Origin: a virus
Length of the DNA stretch: 64,000 nt
Virus record (IMG/VR): IMGVR_UViG_3300031788_000002
Span: 103,482-167,481 of that record
Direction: 5' to 3' (one strand)
The stretch's first letter is position 1, and each line of letters starts with the position of its first letter. Shown piece after piece: positions 16,148-25,862 of the stretch. Under the pieces are notes generated by a model. It was not told the DNA's origin, searched no databases, and saw only the letters and a program-made list of their open reading frames with translations. Made by a program: the position numbers and the translations under genes.

Positions 16148-17921
16148 GGGTAACGCAGCTTTAGCCTACGATGACGATGATCTGGACGACACGTGGGATG
16201 GGGAAGAACCCTGGACACCCGAAGTCTTACCCGAGGAAGAGCCCCTTGAAGTAACCGCGCTTCAAAAGGTTGCGCCCGTCTTACCCATGATGCGCCCGTC
16301 ACAATTCACGGCGCGGGCGTTCGTCCTACCAAAGGATGATGGAATGGGGTCAGGTCCTTTCTCTTTCAAAGGGAGACGGCATCTTCCTCGCCTTTACGAT
16401 ACGCCCGCACGCCGCGTTCTTCTATGCTGCGCACGACAAGTTGAAAAGTCGACAGCGTTAGGTAACCGCGCGCTGTGTTACTCAGCGCTCGTTCCTTCCA
16501 TCCGCATTCTATACGTGAGCCCCTCGGGGTCGCAGACCAAAAACTTCTCACGGGATCGTATTAAGGAGCCTATCGAGACCAGCGAGCTTTTGCGCCAATT
16601 CACGACGCGCATGCTGTCGCAAAACGTCTTCGATAAGCAGTTCATCAACCGGTCGATGATCACGATGCGCTACGCGTATCTGAATGCAGACCGCGCCCGC
16701 GGTATCCCCGCCTGGCAGCTTTACTTGGATGAGATCCAGGATATTTTGCGCAGTTGCATCCCTGTTCTTGAGCAGTGCACGTCCCACGCACCCGATCGAT
16801 GGAAGAGCTTTGTGTACGCCGGTACACCGAAGAGCCTCGACAACGTAATCGAGGAATACCGGGCCAATAAAAGCACGCAGGGGGAGTGGGTTGTTCCTTG
16901 CGAAGGGTGTAACACGTGGAACGTCCTCGGCGAGAAGAACATTGGTAAGAAGGGGCCCATTTGTAGCAAGTGCGGTAAGGCGATTGACCCGCAAGGAGAG
17001 CGCGCCCAGTGGGCCTGGATGGTTACGCCGGATGAAGAGCGTATCCATGTTCCCTTTGAGAGCTACCGCATTTCGCAGTTGATGGTGCCTTGGAAGATTC
17101 GAAACTGGCACGAAGTTCTGCACGACTACGTTAACCATCCCCGCGCGCAGTTCATGAACGAATGCCTCGGCATTTCGTTTGAGTCGGGGACCCGGCCGCT
17201 AAATCAAGCGCAGCTTCGCGTGCAGTGCGGTACGCACTCCATGAGCGAGCTTGAATCCTTGCGGCATCGCTCCTTGGCGGAGCCTTTTTTCTTTGGCGTG
17301 GATTGGGGGTCTGGGGATAGCGCTTACACAGTTCTGACCATCGCGACGTACGTGAACGATCGCTTTCGGGTGATCTTCATGCACCGCTTCGTCGGCGAGG
17401 ATGCGGACCCCGACGTTCAGGTTAAGAAGATTATCGAGATGGGGCATCACTTCAACGTGGCCACCATCGGTGCCGACCGTGGGTATGGCTTTGGTATGAA
17501 CAGCCGCCTTGTACGCGCTTTTGGTAACAAACGCGTTCATCAATTTCAGCACTTGGGCAAGCTTACGAAGAAGGTGATCTTCGATCCCAAGTTGATGTAC
17601 TGGAAGATGCACCGCACCGCGGTGATGAGCGATATCTTCGAGGCTATTAAAAAAGGCAAGGCGGAGTTTCCCCGATGGGATGAGTTCAAGAAGCCTTATG
17701 CCGAAGACTTCACGAGCATCTACAGTGAGTACAACGAACGCCTACGAATGATCCAATACGACCATAAGCGTGGGAGCCCTGACGATTCATTTCATTCGTT
17801 TATGTACGCGTGGCTTTCCTCTATGATCATGATCCCACGCCCGGACATCATTGCGCCGTCGCAGGAAAGCGAAGACGGTAAAGTGCTATCGCCTTACACG
17901 GGCCCCGTTTATCAGGGCTAA
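16146..17921 (+). CDS. terL: terminase large subunit (GpA-like)
   Basis: Walker A-like ARQVEKST, Walker B LYLDEIQD, coupling motif AGTP, Zn CEGC/CSKC, RNase H-like FFGVDWG and PDDSFHS. Confidence 0.88.
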   Translation: MGNAALAYDDDDLDDTWDGEEPWTPEVLPEEEPLEVTALQKVAPVLPMMRPSQFTARAFVLPKDDGMGSGPFSFKGRRHLPRLYDTPARRVLLCCARQVEKSTALGNRALCYSALVPSIRILYVSPSGSQTKNFSRDRIKEPIETSELLRQFTTRMLSQNVFDKQFINRSMITMRYAYLNADRARGIPAWQLYLDEIQDILRSCIPVLEQCTSHAPDRWKSFVYAGTPKSLDNVIEEYRANKSTQGEWVVPCEGCNTWNVLGEKNIGKKGPICSKCGKAIDPQGERAQWAWMVTPDEERIHVPFESYRISQLMVPWKIRNWHEVLHDYVNHPRAQFMNECLGISFESGTRPLNQAQLRVQCGTHSMSELESLRHRSLAEPFFFGVDWGSGDSAYTVLTIATYVNDRFRVIFMHRFVGEDADPDVQVKKIIEMGHHFNVATIGADRGYGFGMNSRLVRAFGNKRVHQFQHLGKLTKKVIFDPKLMYWKMHRTAVMSDIFEAIKKGKAEFPRWDEFKKPYAEDFTSIYSEYNERLRMIQYDHKRGSPDDSFHSFMYAWLSSMIMIPRPDIIAPSQESEDGKVLSPYTGPVYQG

Positions 17922-18622
17922 TGCACATAGTGATTGAGTCGGCGTAAGACGTTGGTGTCGGTTTCAGGAAAGATTGTGGTAGCTGCGGTGCGCCCGCGCC
18001 GGCGGAGCACGTAGATGTAGGCTGCTTCGCGCAAAGAGCGTCGAGCGGCGGCAAGCTCCGCTTGTGCTTCTTTTAGCTCGAGATCCATGAACGGGACGCT
18101 GAAGCGCTGGTAGAGGCGCTCGGCCAATTCCAGGAGCTCTCGCCAGGGTTCGGGGTTGCCTGTGTACAGCTCCAGCAAATCGAAGAGCTCTTCATGAATG
18201 CCGAACAAGAGGGTGCACCAATCCGCCACTTCCAGGACTTCTGTGGGTACGTCGGCGAGCGCATCATGAACGCGGCCCGCGAGGTCGAGGATGCTTTCTC
18301 GGTCGTACGGAAGCGTGGGCGCGTTCAATCCGTGAAGGCGTTCGAGTCGGATAAGCCGGCGCTCCAAGCGGTCTTCGCGAGCATGCTCTAATAAGCGCCG
18401 CGTCTCACTGGGCGCATTGACCACCCCGGTTTGGCGCAGAGCCGCCAGCATCTGCACTTCATCTCTCTCCAGGTAGACCGTAACTTCGATCGGGTTGTTG
18501 CAGCGACGCAGCTCTCCTGTACGCACGAATCGCCGCGCTTGCCGGTAACTTATATGAAGAATCTCTGCGGCTTGCGCGAGCGTTACCCAGTTTGGATTTC
18601 TTCCCATGCGTTCTTGGGACAT
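17918..18622 (-). CDS. helix-turn-helix (excisionase/MerR-like) DNA-binding protein
   Basis: WVTLAQAAEILHISYRQARRFVRTGEL N-terminal HTH. Confidence 0.75.
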   Translation of the reverse strand: MSQERMGRNPNWVTLAQAAEILHISYRQARRFVRTGELRRCNNPIEVTVYLERDEVQMLAALRQTGVVNAPSETRRLLEHAREDRLERRLIRLERLHGLNAPTLPYDRESILDLAGRVHDALADVPTEVLEVADWCTLLFGIHEELFDLLELYTGNPEPWRELLELAERLYQRFSVPFMDLELKEAQAELAAARRSLREAAYIYVLRRRGRTAATTIFPETDTNVLRRLNHYVH

Positions 18623-19613
18623 GTACCCTCTAGTAGCACCTATGAGCCAGTACGATCTACCGCCGCAAACCCTGTTGCAACAATCCTCGGCGCGGCCTGT
18701 CAGCGGGGAAGAACTGGAGACATACGGAAAGCATGCGGCCGATGCTTACGGGCGGGGAGATTACGAAACCCTCAGCGAGGCCATTGTGGACACGGTGAAG
18801 ACCGCGGGTCTTTCTCCTGCGCAGGTTCAACGCGTGGTGGAGTTTACGAACACCGCGGCTTTTTTGACGGAGTTCAATAAGGAGGGCGCCGCAAGTAAGT
18901 ACGTTGTATTCAACGGAGGGCCGGCGCGCTTCAACGAGGTTATTCAAGACTTGAACGATGGGGGTGGGGGCACGGTGTTCGATCGGGGAATACTCGATTA
19001 CTCACACACCCCCGACGTGAAGACGGCGTCGCGGAAGCAACAGGCGTTGGAGAAGACGGCGGCGGCAGAAGCCGACGATGTCTTGGCGCGCGCTTTCCGT
19101 GTTGAATGCGCTGCGTCCCCTTTGCCTTACGCAAACCCCCTCGCGGATGTTCATGATCTTTGCGAGAAGCTGGCCGCGGCACGGGACGGGCACACCGCGC
19201 AAATAAATGAGCTCGAGCTTGATCTGAGCGCAGTGTCCGAAGAGATGTACCAGCACGTAAAACAGGCAGCCCTCGAGGGTGTTTCCCTTGGCTCGGTAGT
19301 GCAGGCGTGGGACTTGGCATTGCAACCTGACCCAGTCCTGGTCAAGGCGGCCTTTGCGCTGATGGGACCTCGACTTCAAGCCGACGTGTTCGGTTCGTGG
19401 AATGCACTGGGTGCCTCCTTTGAGAAAACCGCAGCGGTGGGGGCAATGGTTAACGCGGAACACCCTATTGTGGTGGCCTTCGATGCCTACTGCGACCTCG
19501 TTACCAAGCTCGCGCACCTGCGCGCGGCGCAGGGCGACATGCTGGCGGGCATCGATCAGCTTCAGGCGTTCGAACGTTCCGTAGCGCGTAACTACAGTGA
19601 GGTGGTGGCGTGA
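18606..19613 (+). CDS. head-associated protein with K-x-A motifs (start may be 18621 or 18642)
   Basis: KHAA, KTAG, KTAS, KTAA, KLAA, KQAA; coiled-coil segments. Confidence 0.7.
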   Translation: MRSWDMYPLVAPMSQYDLPPQTLLQQSSARPVSGEELETYGKHAADAYGRGDYETLSEAIVDTVKTAGLSPAQVQRVVEFTNTAAFLTEFNKEGAASKYVVFNGGPARFNEVIQDLNDGGGGTVFDRGILDYSHTPDVKTASRKQQALEKTAAAEADDVLARAFRVECAASPLPYANPLADVHDLCEKLAAARDGHTAQINELELDLSAVSEEMYQHVKQAALEGVSLGSVVQAWDLALQPDPVLVKAAFALMGPRLQADVFGSWNALGASFEKTAAVGAMVNAEHPIVVAFDAYCDLVTKLAHLRAAQGDMLAGIDQLQAFERSVARNYSEVVA

Positions 19614-20116
19614 ACCCGTTGGATCTGTACTTGCTGAGCAAACACGCTGATGCGCCACAAGCAGGGGGTTGGGGGCCAACGCTGCGCAATGCTGCCATTC
19701 AAACCGGCGTGGGGTTGGCGGTAGCGGGTGCTCCCCTGGCCGCCAGTCATGTGTACAACGCGGTAACCAAGCGCCATCACTTCAACAAAATGATGGAGCA
19801 CAACGAAGACTTGCAGGCGTACCACGCGCAAGACCCGGCGCGCTTCAATCAGCTCTTCACGTCATTGCACGGCATGAACCCCGAGTTCGCCGCCGACCCT
19901 ATTGTGGCGGGTTCTTACATGCGCCAGATGGCCGCCCACCCCGCAGGCGCGGGCAAAGCCTTGGTTGAAGCACGCGGTGCAGCCAAAGCGTTGCCCACGC
20001 ATCCTTTGTCTGACGTGATGAAGGGGATGGCGCCCACGATGGGTAAGGCCATTGCAGAGGGTACGGCGCCCAAGGCGCGGGCGGCACAAGTTCCTCCTGA
20101 TGTAGCCACGGGCTGA
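19610..20116 (+). CDS. head-associated protein
   Basis: GTGA overlap; KHA at the N-terminus followed by a hydrophobic Gly/Ala helix. Confidence 0.7.
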   Translation: MNPLDLYLLSKHADAPQAGGWGPTLRNAAIQTGVGLAVAGAPLAASHVYNAVTKRHHFNKMMEHNEDLQAYHAQDPARFNQLFTSLHGMNPEFAADPIVAGSYMRQMAAHPAGAGKALVEARGAAKALPTHPLSDVMKGMAPTMGKAIAEGTAPKARAAQVPPDVATG

Positions 20117-20125
20117 GCACGGCGC

Positions 20126-21718
20126 GTGATTAAAGTCAGTACCTTCCTTCATCAGAACGCGTTCGGCTACACCGCCATACCGCTTTTCGGTGCGGCGGAT
20201 CGGGAGTTCGAAAAGAACGCCAGCGCGCACTTGTTGACGCCTGTGGCGCAGTACATTGCGTCTTTGCGCCCGATGAACAGCGCTCAATATGTTTTGGTGA
20301 ACGCCCTAGGCGCGGGGGAGTACTTCGGTTCGAATATAAATGGCGATAACTTTCCCGAAGCAGGATTGATCCATTGTCCCGCGGGATGGACGGGTACGCC
20401 TGGCGTCGATCGCGCCTTAGCCGCGGATTGGCCTTACGGCTTTCCGACGTTCTACAACGCGTACCCCTTCGCGCATCACAAGAATAAGGACGCCAGCCGC
20501 GCGTATGGGGTTGTGGAGCTCGCCGCGTGGAACGACCACATGAAGCGGGTCGAATTGGTGGTGCGCGTCGATTACGACAAGTGCCTTCAGTACGGCGGTG
20601 TTCCTGTTTGGGACAAGCTGAAAGCAGGTCAGTACGCCGACGTCTCCATGGGAAGCCGCGTCCCTTTTGATACCAGTTCCATCACGTTGGATTGGAACGC
20701 GTACAACGACGCTAAGGCAACGTACGACCCGAAGAAGCACCGTTCCCCCGGCCAAGCTGTCCTCGAGGTGCATAAGAAGACGCCCATTAAAGGGCTAAGC
20801 ATCACGCGTGACGATTACGACGAGTACTGCCTCAAGTACATGAACCGTATTCTGCCCGATGGGCGGAAGGTGTTCGTCTGGAATGACTACCCGCGGTTCT
20901 TCGACATCAGCTTCGTCTTTATTGGTGCCGACCGTACCGCGAAGGTCATGGTGTACATCGCCCGGGAGGGGTCCTTTCCCGAAGCGATGCAAACCAAGAC
21001 CGCCTCTGTCGCCGAAGGGTTCTCTGGGTTTCTTGAGAAGACGGCCAGCGTTAAGGGAGCGGGGCTTAAGCGGGCGGAAATCGATAAAGAGGTTACCCCC
21101 ATTCCCGATGCGGCCAAGGCCATCCCTCTTCTGACGAAGAACGAACCGCCCCTTCCCCACGACTTGTTGAACGCCTTGTCTGCGGTACCCACAGCGAGCG
21201 CACTGAGTACAACCAGCGGCCTTGGGATGGTTCTGCGCCCTCAAGAATTTCAGCGCATGGTTCTTGTGCGTGCCGGCCAGGGTTCTCTGGCGGACAGCTT
21301 GGATAGGCAGAACAAGGTATTTCCTTCTGGAGAACCTCCTTCATCGTGTGGTTTATCTCCGGAGTTGTTTCTTCCGGCGCTGGCGCGCTTACTTCTTCCC
21401 TTGTTCGATCAGCGCACCGCACTCGCTCCCGCTGTTGAGCGCCGCGTTGTTATTCTTAGCTCAGGTTCTGCGGATCCCGTGAGCGCACCTACTTCCGATA
21501 CCTCGGAGCTTCTTCGTAAGATTGGTGCGGCCTACAATGGGTATCGTGAACAACTTCTGGAGATAGCCCCCTACAGCCAAAGCTTGATCCAGAAAGTAGC
21601 GACAGCTAGAAACCACGACCTAACAAAGCTTGCTGAGTGTTCCCCAGAAGATGTGTTTACCCCCCTATCATTCTGTTACTTACGCGACGCGTATTTGCAT
21701 ACTTGCCGCGCAGGATGA
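20126..21718 (+). CDS. prohead (maturation) protease, HK97/assemblin fold, with C-terminal extension
   Basis: NGDNF, AHHKNKD (catalytic His candidate), DVSMG (catalytic Ser candidate), FFDISFVFIGAD; followed by KTAS...KTAS; lies upstream of scaffold and capsid genes. Confidence 0.78.
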   Translation: MIKVSTFLHQNAFGYTAIPLFGAADREFEKNASAHLLTPVAQYIASLRPMNSAQYVLVNALGAGEYFGSNINGDNFPEAGLIHCPAGWTGTPGVDRALAADWPYGFPTFYNAYPFAHHKNKDASRAYGVVELAAWNDHMKRVELVVRVDYDKCLQYGGVPVWDKLKAGQYADVSMGSRVPFDTSSITLDWNAYNDAKATYDPKKHRSPGQAVLEVHKKTPIKGLSITRDDYDEYCLKYMNRILPDGRKVFVWNDYPRFFDISFVFIGADRTAKVMVYIAREGSFPEAMQTKTASVAEGFSGFLEKTASVKGAGLKRAEIDKEVTPIPDAAKAIPLLTKNEPPLPHDLLNALSAVPTASALSTTSGLGMVLRPQEFQRMVLVRAGQGSLADSLDRQNKVFPSGEPPSSCGLSPELFLPALARLLLPLFDQRTALAPAVERRVVILSSGSADPVSAPTSDTSELLRKIGAAYNGYREQLLEIAPYSQSLIQKVATARNHDLTKLAECSPEDVFTPLSFCYLRDAYLHTCRAG

Positions 21719-21813
21719 TACAACTTTCCTATTAGGCACACGCCAGCGTGGAGAGGGGTAGCGCCCTTCGAGGAACACGTGAACACGTCCCACTACTTCG
21801 GAGAAACGCATCC

Positions 21814-22578
21814 ATGATGAACGCCACGCTCGCGGCCATGTACAATACGGCAGGGTACGGAGCGCAAACCCGTGAACAGGAGAAGGTTGCACACCTTGAG
21901 CTGTTCGCCAAAACGGCCGCGGCCAATGGGATTGACCTGACGGCGCTTTCTCAAGGTGATCGGGTCGCGCTCTACAACGAGTTCACCCAGAAGCTGGCTG
22001 AAGAGGGGGGCGAGTTCCCCCCGAAGGGTGAAGAGCACGAGGAAGAGTCCGAAGAGGAAGAGTCCGAAGAGGAAAAGAAGAAGCGCGAAGAGAAGGACAA
22101 GGAAGAGGGCTCCGAGGAAGAGAAGAAGGAAGCCCAGGCGCAGTTCGCAGCCATGCGTCAGTGGCAAGAGAAGAACGCCGAGGTCGATTTCCTTGGCCGC
22201 CGTATGGCGCACGCATTCGAAGACGAGCGCCGGCAGATTCAAGCTGCGAAGACGGCGTCGGCCAAGCCGGGAGCGGCGCAACCGGCAGTGCCGGCCGTTG
22301 CTCCCATGCCGAAGACGGCGTCGGTTAAGCAGCCCGCGACGCCGTTTGATACCCAGGCCGCGCGTCTTGCGGTGAAGCTGGCTTCCGACGCCAAGCTCAA
22401 TACGAACTCGGTCATCGACAAGCTGAACGCGTTGCTGACCCTCGGGGTACCCCCGTTGGACAAGACGGCATCGGTCGCTTCAGCGAGTGATTACACCCAC
22501 ACCCTTAACGTGCGGGCCCTCGAGCTGTTGGAAGCGTCGGGGTACCCGGTCAACTGGAACGCGGTCTTCGGGCAGTAA
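21814..22578 (+). CDS. scaffold/internal head protein, acidic, K-x-A rich
   Basis: GGAG SD before ATG 21814; Glu/Lys tract; about nine KxA sites. Confidence 0.7.
   Translation: MMNATLAAMYNTAGYGAQTREQEKVAHLELFAKTAAANGIDLTALSQGDRVALYNEFTQKLAEEGGEFPPKGEEHEEESEEEESEEEKKKREEKDKEEGSEEEKKEAQAQFAAMRQWQEKNAEVDFLGRRMAHAFEDERRQIQAAKTASAKPGAAQPAVPAVAPMPKTASVKQPATPFDTQAARLAVKLASDAKLNTNSVIDKLNALLTLGVPPLDKTASVASASDYTHTLNVRALELLEASGYPVNWNAVFGQ
22039..22074 (+). repeat. 15-bp tandem repeat (GAGGAAGAGTCCGAA x2.4) encoding EEESE
   Basis: Read directly from sequence. Confidence 0.8.
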
Positions 22579-22585
22579 ACACGCC

Positions 22586-24832
22586 ATGACACGGAGCAGA
22601 AACAAGTACGCGGACGCTTTGGGATCGGGAACACCGGATCCCAGTACCGCCCCGGCACGTTCTGCGTCTGTGCCTCAAATCGCTATCGCGAACACCCCGG
22701 CCCCTGGTCAACGGGGGCCTGTGGGTCTTGGCGGTCGCACATCGTATTCGCGTGTCAATACGGGAACCCCACCCATCCCCGACATGGGAACCAGTGCTCA
22801 GAAGAGCCAAGCTCCTCGGGGGATGGAGTTCCTACCCAAGACGGCAGCCCAGGAGAATTATCACATGACGACTACGGTCGCGGGACGACCCGCGCTGCAA
22901 GAGATTATCAAACAGGCCATGGAAGGGGCGGCTGCTCGGGTTGACATCAGCCTGGAGTCGGCGCGCCAAATCGCTAATGCTGGGGGAACACCCCCCGCGG
23001 TTGAGAAAACCGCTTCGGCACTTCCTTCCGTACGTTCCTTGCCAACGGATTTGACCACGAAGTTGGCCAGCGCCCTTGATTACGTCGCGGTTCAGATGGA
23101 TCCCAAGCTGGCAGCCATCGACATCGACGCCAAAACCACCGACGGCGTCGGCCCGGGGGAAGGACCCAATGCGCTTGATGTGACGCACGCGATTAGCAGC
23201 GACGCTCCCCTTCAGCCCAATGCGTCGGGAAAGGCGATTGAACAACCGCCCAAAAACCCGGCACAGCAAAAGGATCCAACCCGTCCGGCCGACCCGGGTA
23301 CGGGGCTCGAGACCAACGACAGTACCGAGCACAGGGAGCAGCCGATCGAGCCCATCCCAAATCAAAAGACCACGCTCTCCAATGAGCAGGCCAAAGAGTC
23401 GTCGGCGTACGCCAACAACCTGCTTGCTCTTGGGCTGGCGCGTGTTGAGTACGACACCAAAGGCCAGCCGCAAATTGTTAAAGCAGCTGGAATCGGGGGC
23501 GCTATTACGGGTGCTCTTGGCGGCGGTGCTCTTGGCGCAGGGTTGGGTGCCTTGGCCGGGCATGCGCTGGGTATCGGCGCGGGGACCGGCGCGAAGTGGG
23601 GCGCTACCCTCGGTGCCGCCGGCGGTGCCCTTCATGGATCAGACGTGCTTCAAGGCGTGGGCGCTCCCCCTGCCGCCGAAGCGCAACCCAAGGTTGCCGC
23701 GGAGGAAACCACGCTTGAGCGCAAGGGGCGCAAAGGCGGTGCATTGGCCGGCACGATTGCAGGCAGTGTCGGTGGGGAACGCGCGGGGAGAGCTCTGGCC
23801 GAAGTGCTGGGCGCGGGTGCTCTTCGAAGTGGTCTTGCCCGTGCAGGCGGTTCTGTTCTCGGAGCGGGTATCGGTCATCACATCGGTGGGCGCCTTGGGC
23901 GCGCGGCCGGCGGCGCGGCGGAACATCGTCTCGACATGATCGACCCCAAGGGGAAGAAGGAAGCGTCGGCCGCGCTCAAGAACCTGGCGCTTCGCATGGC
24001 GAAGACCGCCTTGGATCCGGAAATGATGACTCCCGAACAGATCGATGCAGCGCAAGCCTACGGAGCGGCGCGCGCGCCACAAGTTCATGGCGCGTTGGTG
24101 GGCGGTGCTCTTGGGGCTCTCGGTGGGGGTGCCGCGGGATATTACTTTACACCTCTCAACTTTGCCGGGAAGATGATGGGTGGCACCTTGGGCGCGATTC
24201 ACGGTGGTTTGGCAGGAGCGGATATCGGCTCAGCCGTTGACGCGGCGCGGATGACTCCTGAACAGCACGCGCAGATGACCTTGAACGCGGAAGATGCCGC
24301 GCAGGCTAACAAGCAAGCGTCAGTGTACGCCCGCAATCTTCTGGCCCTCGGGCTGAAGAAGCAGGCGGAAGATGCCATCAACCCGGCGCAGATCAGCGCG
24401 GGTAAGATCGACGACATCGGCGTCAATTCTCCTGACGGTGCCACCCCGGCGGGCGTTGGTGTTCCTTCGGAACCGAGCGACGTCAATTCACAGAAGCGGC
24501 TCATCGAGTCGAACCTGGCCGCCATCGGGTACACCCGGCGGGAAGCCAAGAGCGATCCGAAGAAAGACCTAGGCGCGGTGCTCAATGAGCCGGCCCTGTC
24601 CGCGGAACATGATCGTACGCTGAACGAAGCGTTCGATCACACGGAGGAAGCGGGCGCCAAGATTGGTAGCGCTCAGACGTTGAAGATTGCTGCCGCGCGC
24701 GCGGTTTTGAACAAGCTCGCGCAGCAACAGGTGGTCGGCAAGAAGACCAAGAAGAGCATGATGGGAGGCGCTGGTGGCGCACCCAATACCCCTCAAGCCG
24801 CCAGCGGATTTACCGCCGGCGCGCAGATGTAA
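22586..24832 (+). CDS. internal head polyprotein-like protein with glycine-zipper segments
   Basis: ATG 22586 after the upstream stop; second in-frame ATG 22865 with AGGAG; three GxxxG-rich blocks, each preceded by KxA. Confidence 0.72.
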   Translation: MTRSRNKYADALGSGTPDPSTAPARSASVPQIAIANTPAPGQRGPVGLGGRTSYSRVNTGTPPIPDMGTSAQKSQAPRGMEFLPKTAAQENYHMTTTVAGRPALQEIIKQAMEGAAARVDISLESARQIANAGGTPPAVEKTASALPSVRSLPTDLTTKLASALDYVAVQMDPKLAAIDIDAKTTDGVGPGEGPNALDVTHAISSDAPLQPNASGKAIEQPPKNPAQQKDPTRPADPGTGLETNDSTEHREQPIEPIPNQKTTLSNEQAKESSAYANNLLALGLARVEYDTKGQPQIVKAAGIGGAITGALGGGALGAGLGALAGHALGIGAGTGAKWGATLGAAGGALHGSDVLQGVGAPPAAEAQPKVAAEETTLERKGRKGGALAGTIAGSVGGERAGRALAEVLGAGALRSGLARAGGSVLGAGIGHHIGGRLGRAAGGAAEHRLDMIDPKGKKEASAALKNLALRMAKTALDPEMMTPEQIDAAQAYGAARAPQVHGALVGGALGALGGGAAGYYFTPLNFAGKMMGGTLGAIHGGLAGADIGSAVDAARMTPEQHAQMTLNAEDAAQANKQASVYARNLLALGLKKQAEDAINPAQISAGKIDDIGVNSPDGATPAGVGVPSEPSDVNSQKRLIESNLAAIGYTRREAKSDPKKDLGAVLNEPALSAEHDRTLNEAFDHTEEAGAKIGSAQTLKIAAARAVLNKLAQQQVVGKKTKKSMMGGAGGAPNTPQAASGFTAGAQM

Positions 24833-24843
24833 AAGGAGCGGCC

Positions 24844-25236
24844 ATGGCAACCCAAAAGATGGATCAAGTCAAAGTCGCTCGCGTCATTAAGGATGCGGCG
24901 GTCGCCTTGCGTACCGTGTCGCAAGAACGGGACGCATTGCAAACCGAGAACGCCAAGTTGGCTCAGGCCAACCGGGTGTTGACGACGCGCATGCAGGCCG
25001 AGAAGGTAGCGATGGACATGCACGACAAGGGTGTGCACACCGCTATGCCTTTCGCGGACCTGGTCGACACGCTCGAGAAGCGTGCGCATCAAGACCCGAA
25101 GGGCTTTGAGGTTCTCAAAGAAGCCGTCAACCTTACGGGTCCGGACATGATGAAGACCGCGTCGGTGGGCACTACAGCCGCTGCCCATCTCGGTGCTTCG
25201 GATTTCGAACAGTACATCCTCGGAGACATCGGCTGA
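24844..25236 (+). CDS. small coiled-coil head/scaffold protein
   Basis: AAGGAG SD; coiled coil; KTAS near the C-terminus. Confidence 0.75.
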   Translation: MATQKMDQVKVARVIKDAAVALRTVSQERDALQTENAKLAQANRVLTTRMQAEKVAMDMHDKGVHTAMPFADLVDTLEKRAHQDPKGFEVLKEAVNLTGPDMMKTASVGTTAAAHLGASDFEQYILGDIG

Positions 25237-25276
25237 CCGCGGCGCTTCTTCAACAGACTGCACTAGGAGAATTTCA

Positions 25277-25819
25277 GTGACCACACTTCGCGAAAACTTC
25301 AAGCCGGTTTCCGACGTTATGCCCATTGTTCGAAGGGACTGGATCCTTGCGGACAAGACCCTGGCCAACCCGTCCAACCCGCTGTCGCTCATCGATGGCG
25401 AGTGGATGACGCTGAATGGCGTCGGCCAAATGATCCGCGCGGTTGACATCACGCAGACGTTGGGGACGTCGGCGCTCAATGTGCTGTCGTGGCCCTTGTG
25501 GGCGGAGAACGGCCGTTATGATGTGCAGGCTATAGCCGACTGCAAGATGCCCCTTCTATGGCTCAACGCCTGGGAGTTCGAGACGCGCATCTACGATCCG
25601 GCCGAGGTCTCGGGGGCAAACGGCGCGCCCATCGCCGCCATGCTGCAACCCCTCAAGGTGGCCAGCATTTCGGTGGGTGGCGTGTACGGGGTACGGACCC
25701 TGAGCGGCCTCGTGGGCCATGGCGGTTCGAACGACACCGACCGCATCGTTGGGTACGTCACCAAGTTGCCCGCTGCCAACAACGGTTGGCTGCGTCTTCG
25801 CGGAGGCAACCTCTTCTAA
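25277..25819 (+). CDS. putative capsid decoration/cement protein
   Basis: AGGAG plus GTG 25277; beta-rich small protein immediately before the MCP. Confidence 0.6.
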   Translation: MTTLRENFKPVSDVMPIVRRDWILADKTLANPSNPLSLIDGEWMTLNGVGQMIRAVDITQTLGTSALNVLSWPLWAENGRYDVQAIADCKMPLLWLNAWEFETRIYDPAEVSGANGAPIAAMLQPLKVASISVGGVYGVRTLSGLVGHGGSNDTDRIVGYVTKLPAANNGWLRLRGGNLF

Positions 25820-25862
25820 GCCGTGTGGTGAACAACGGCCTACTTAACTAAAGGAGAATCAG

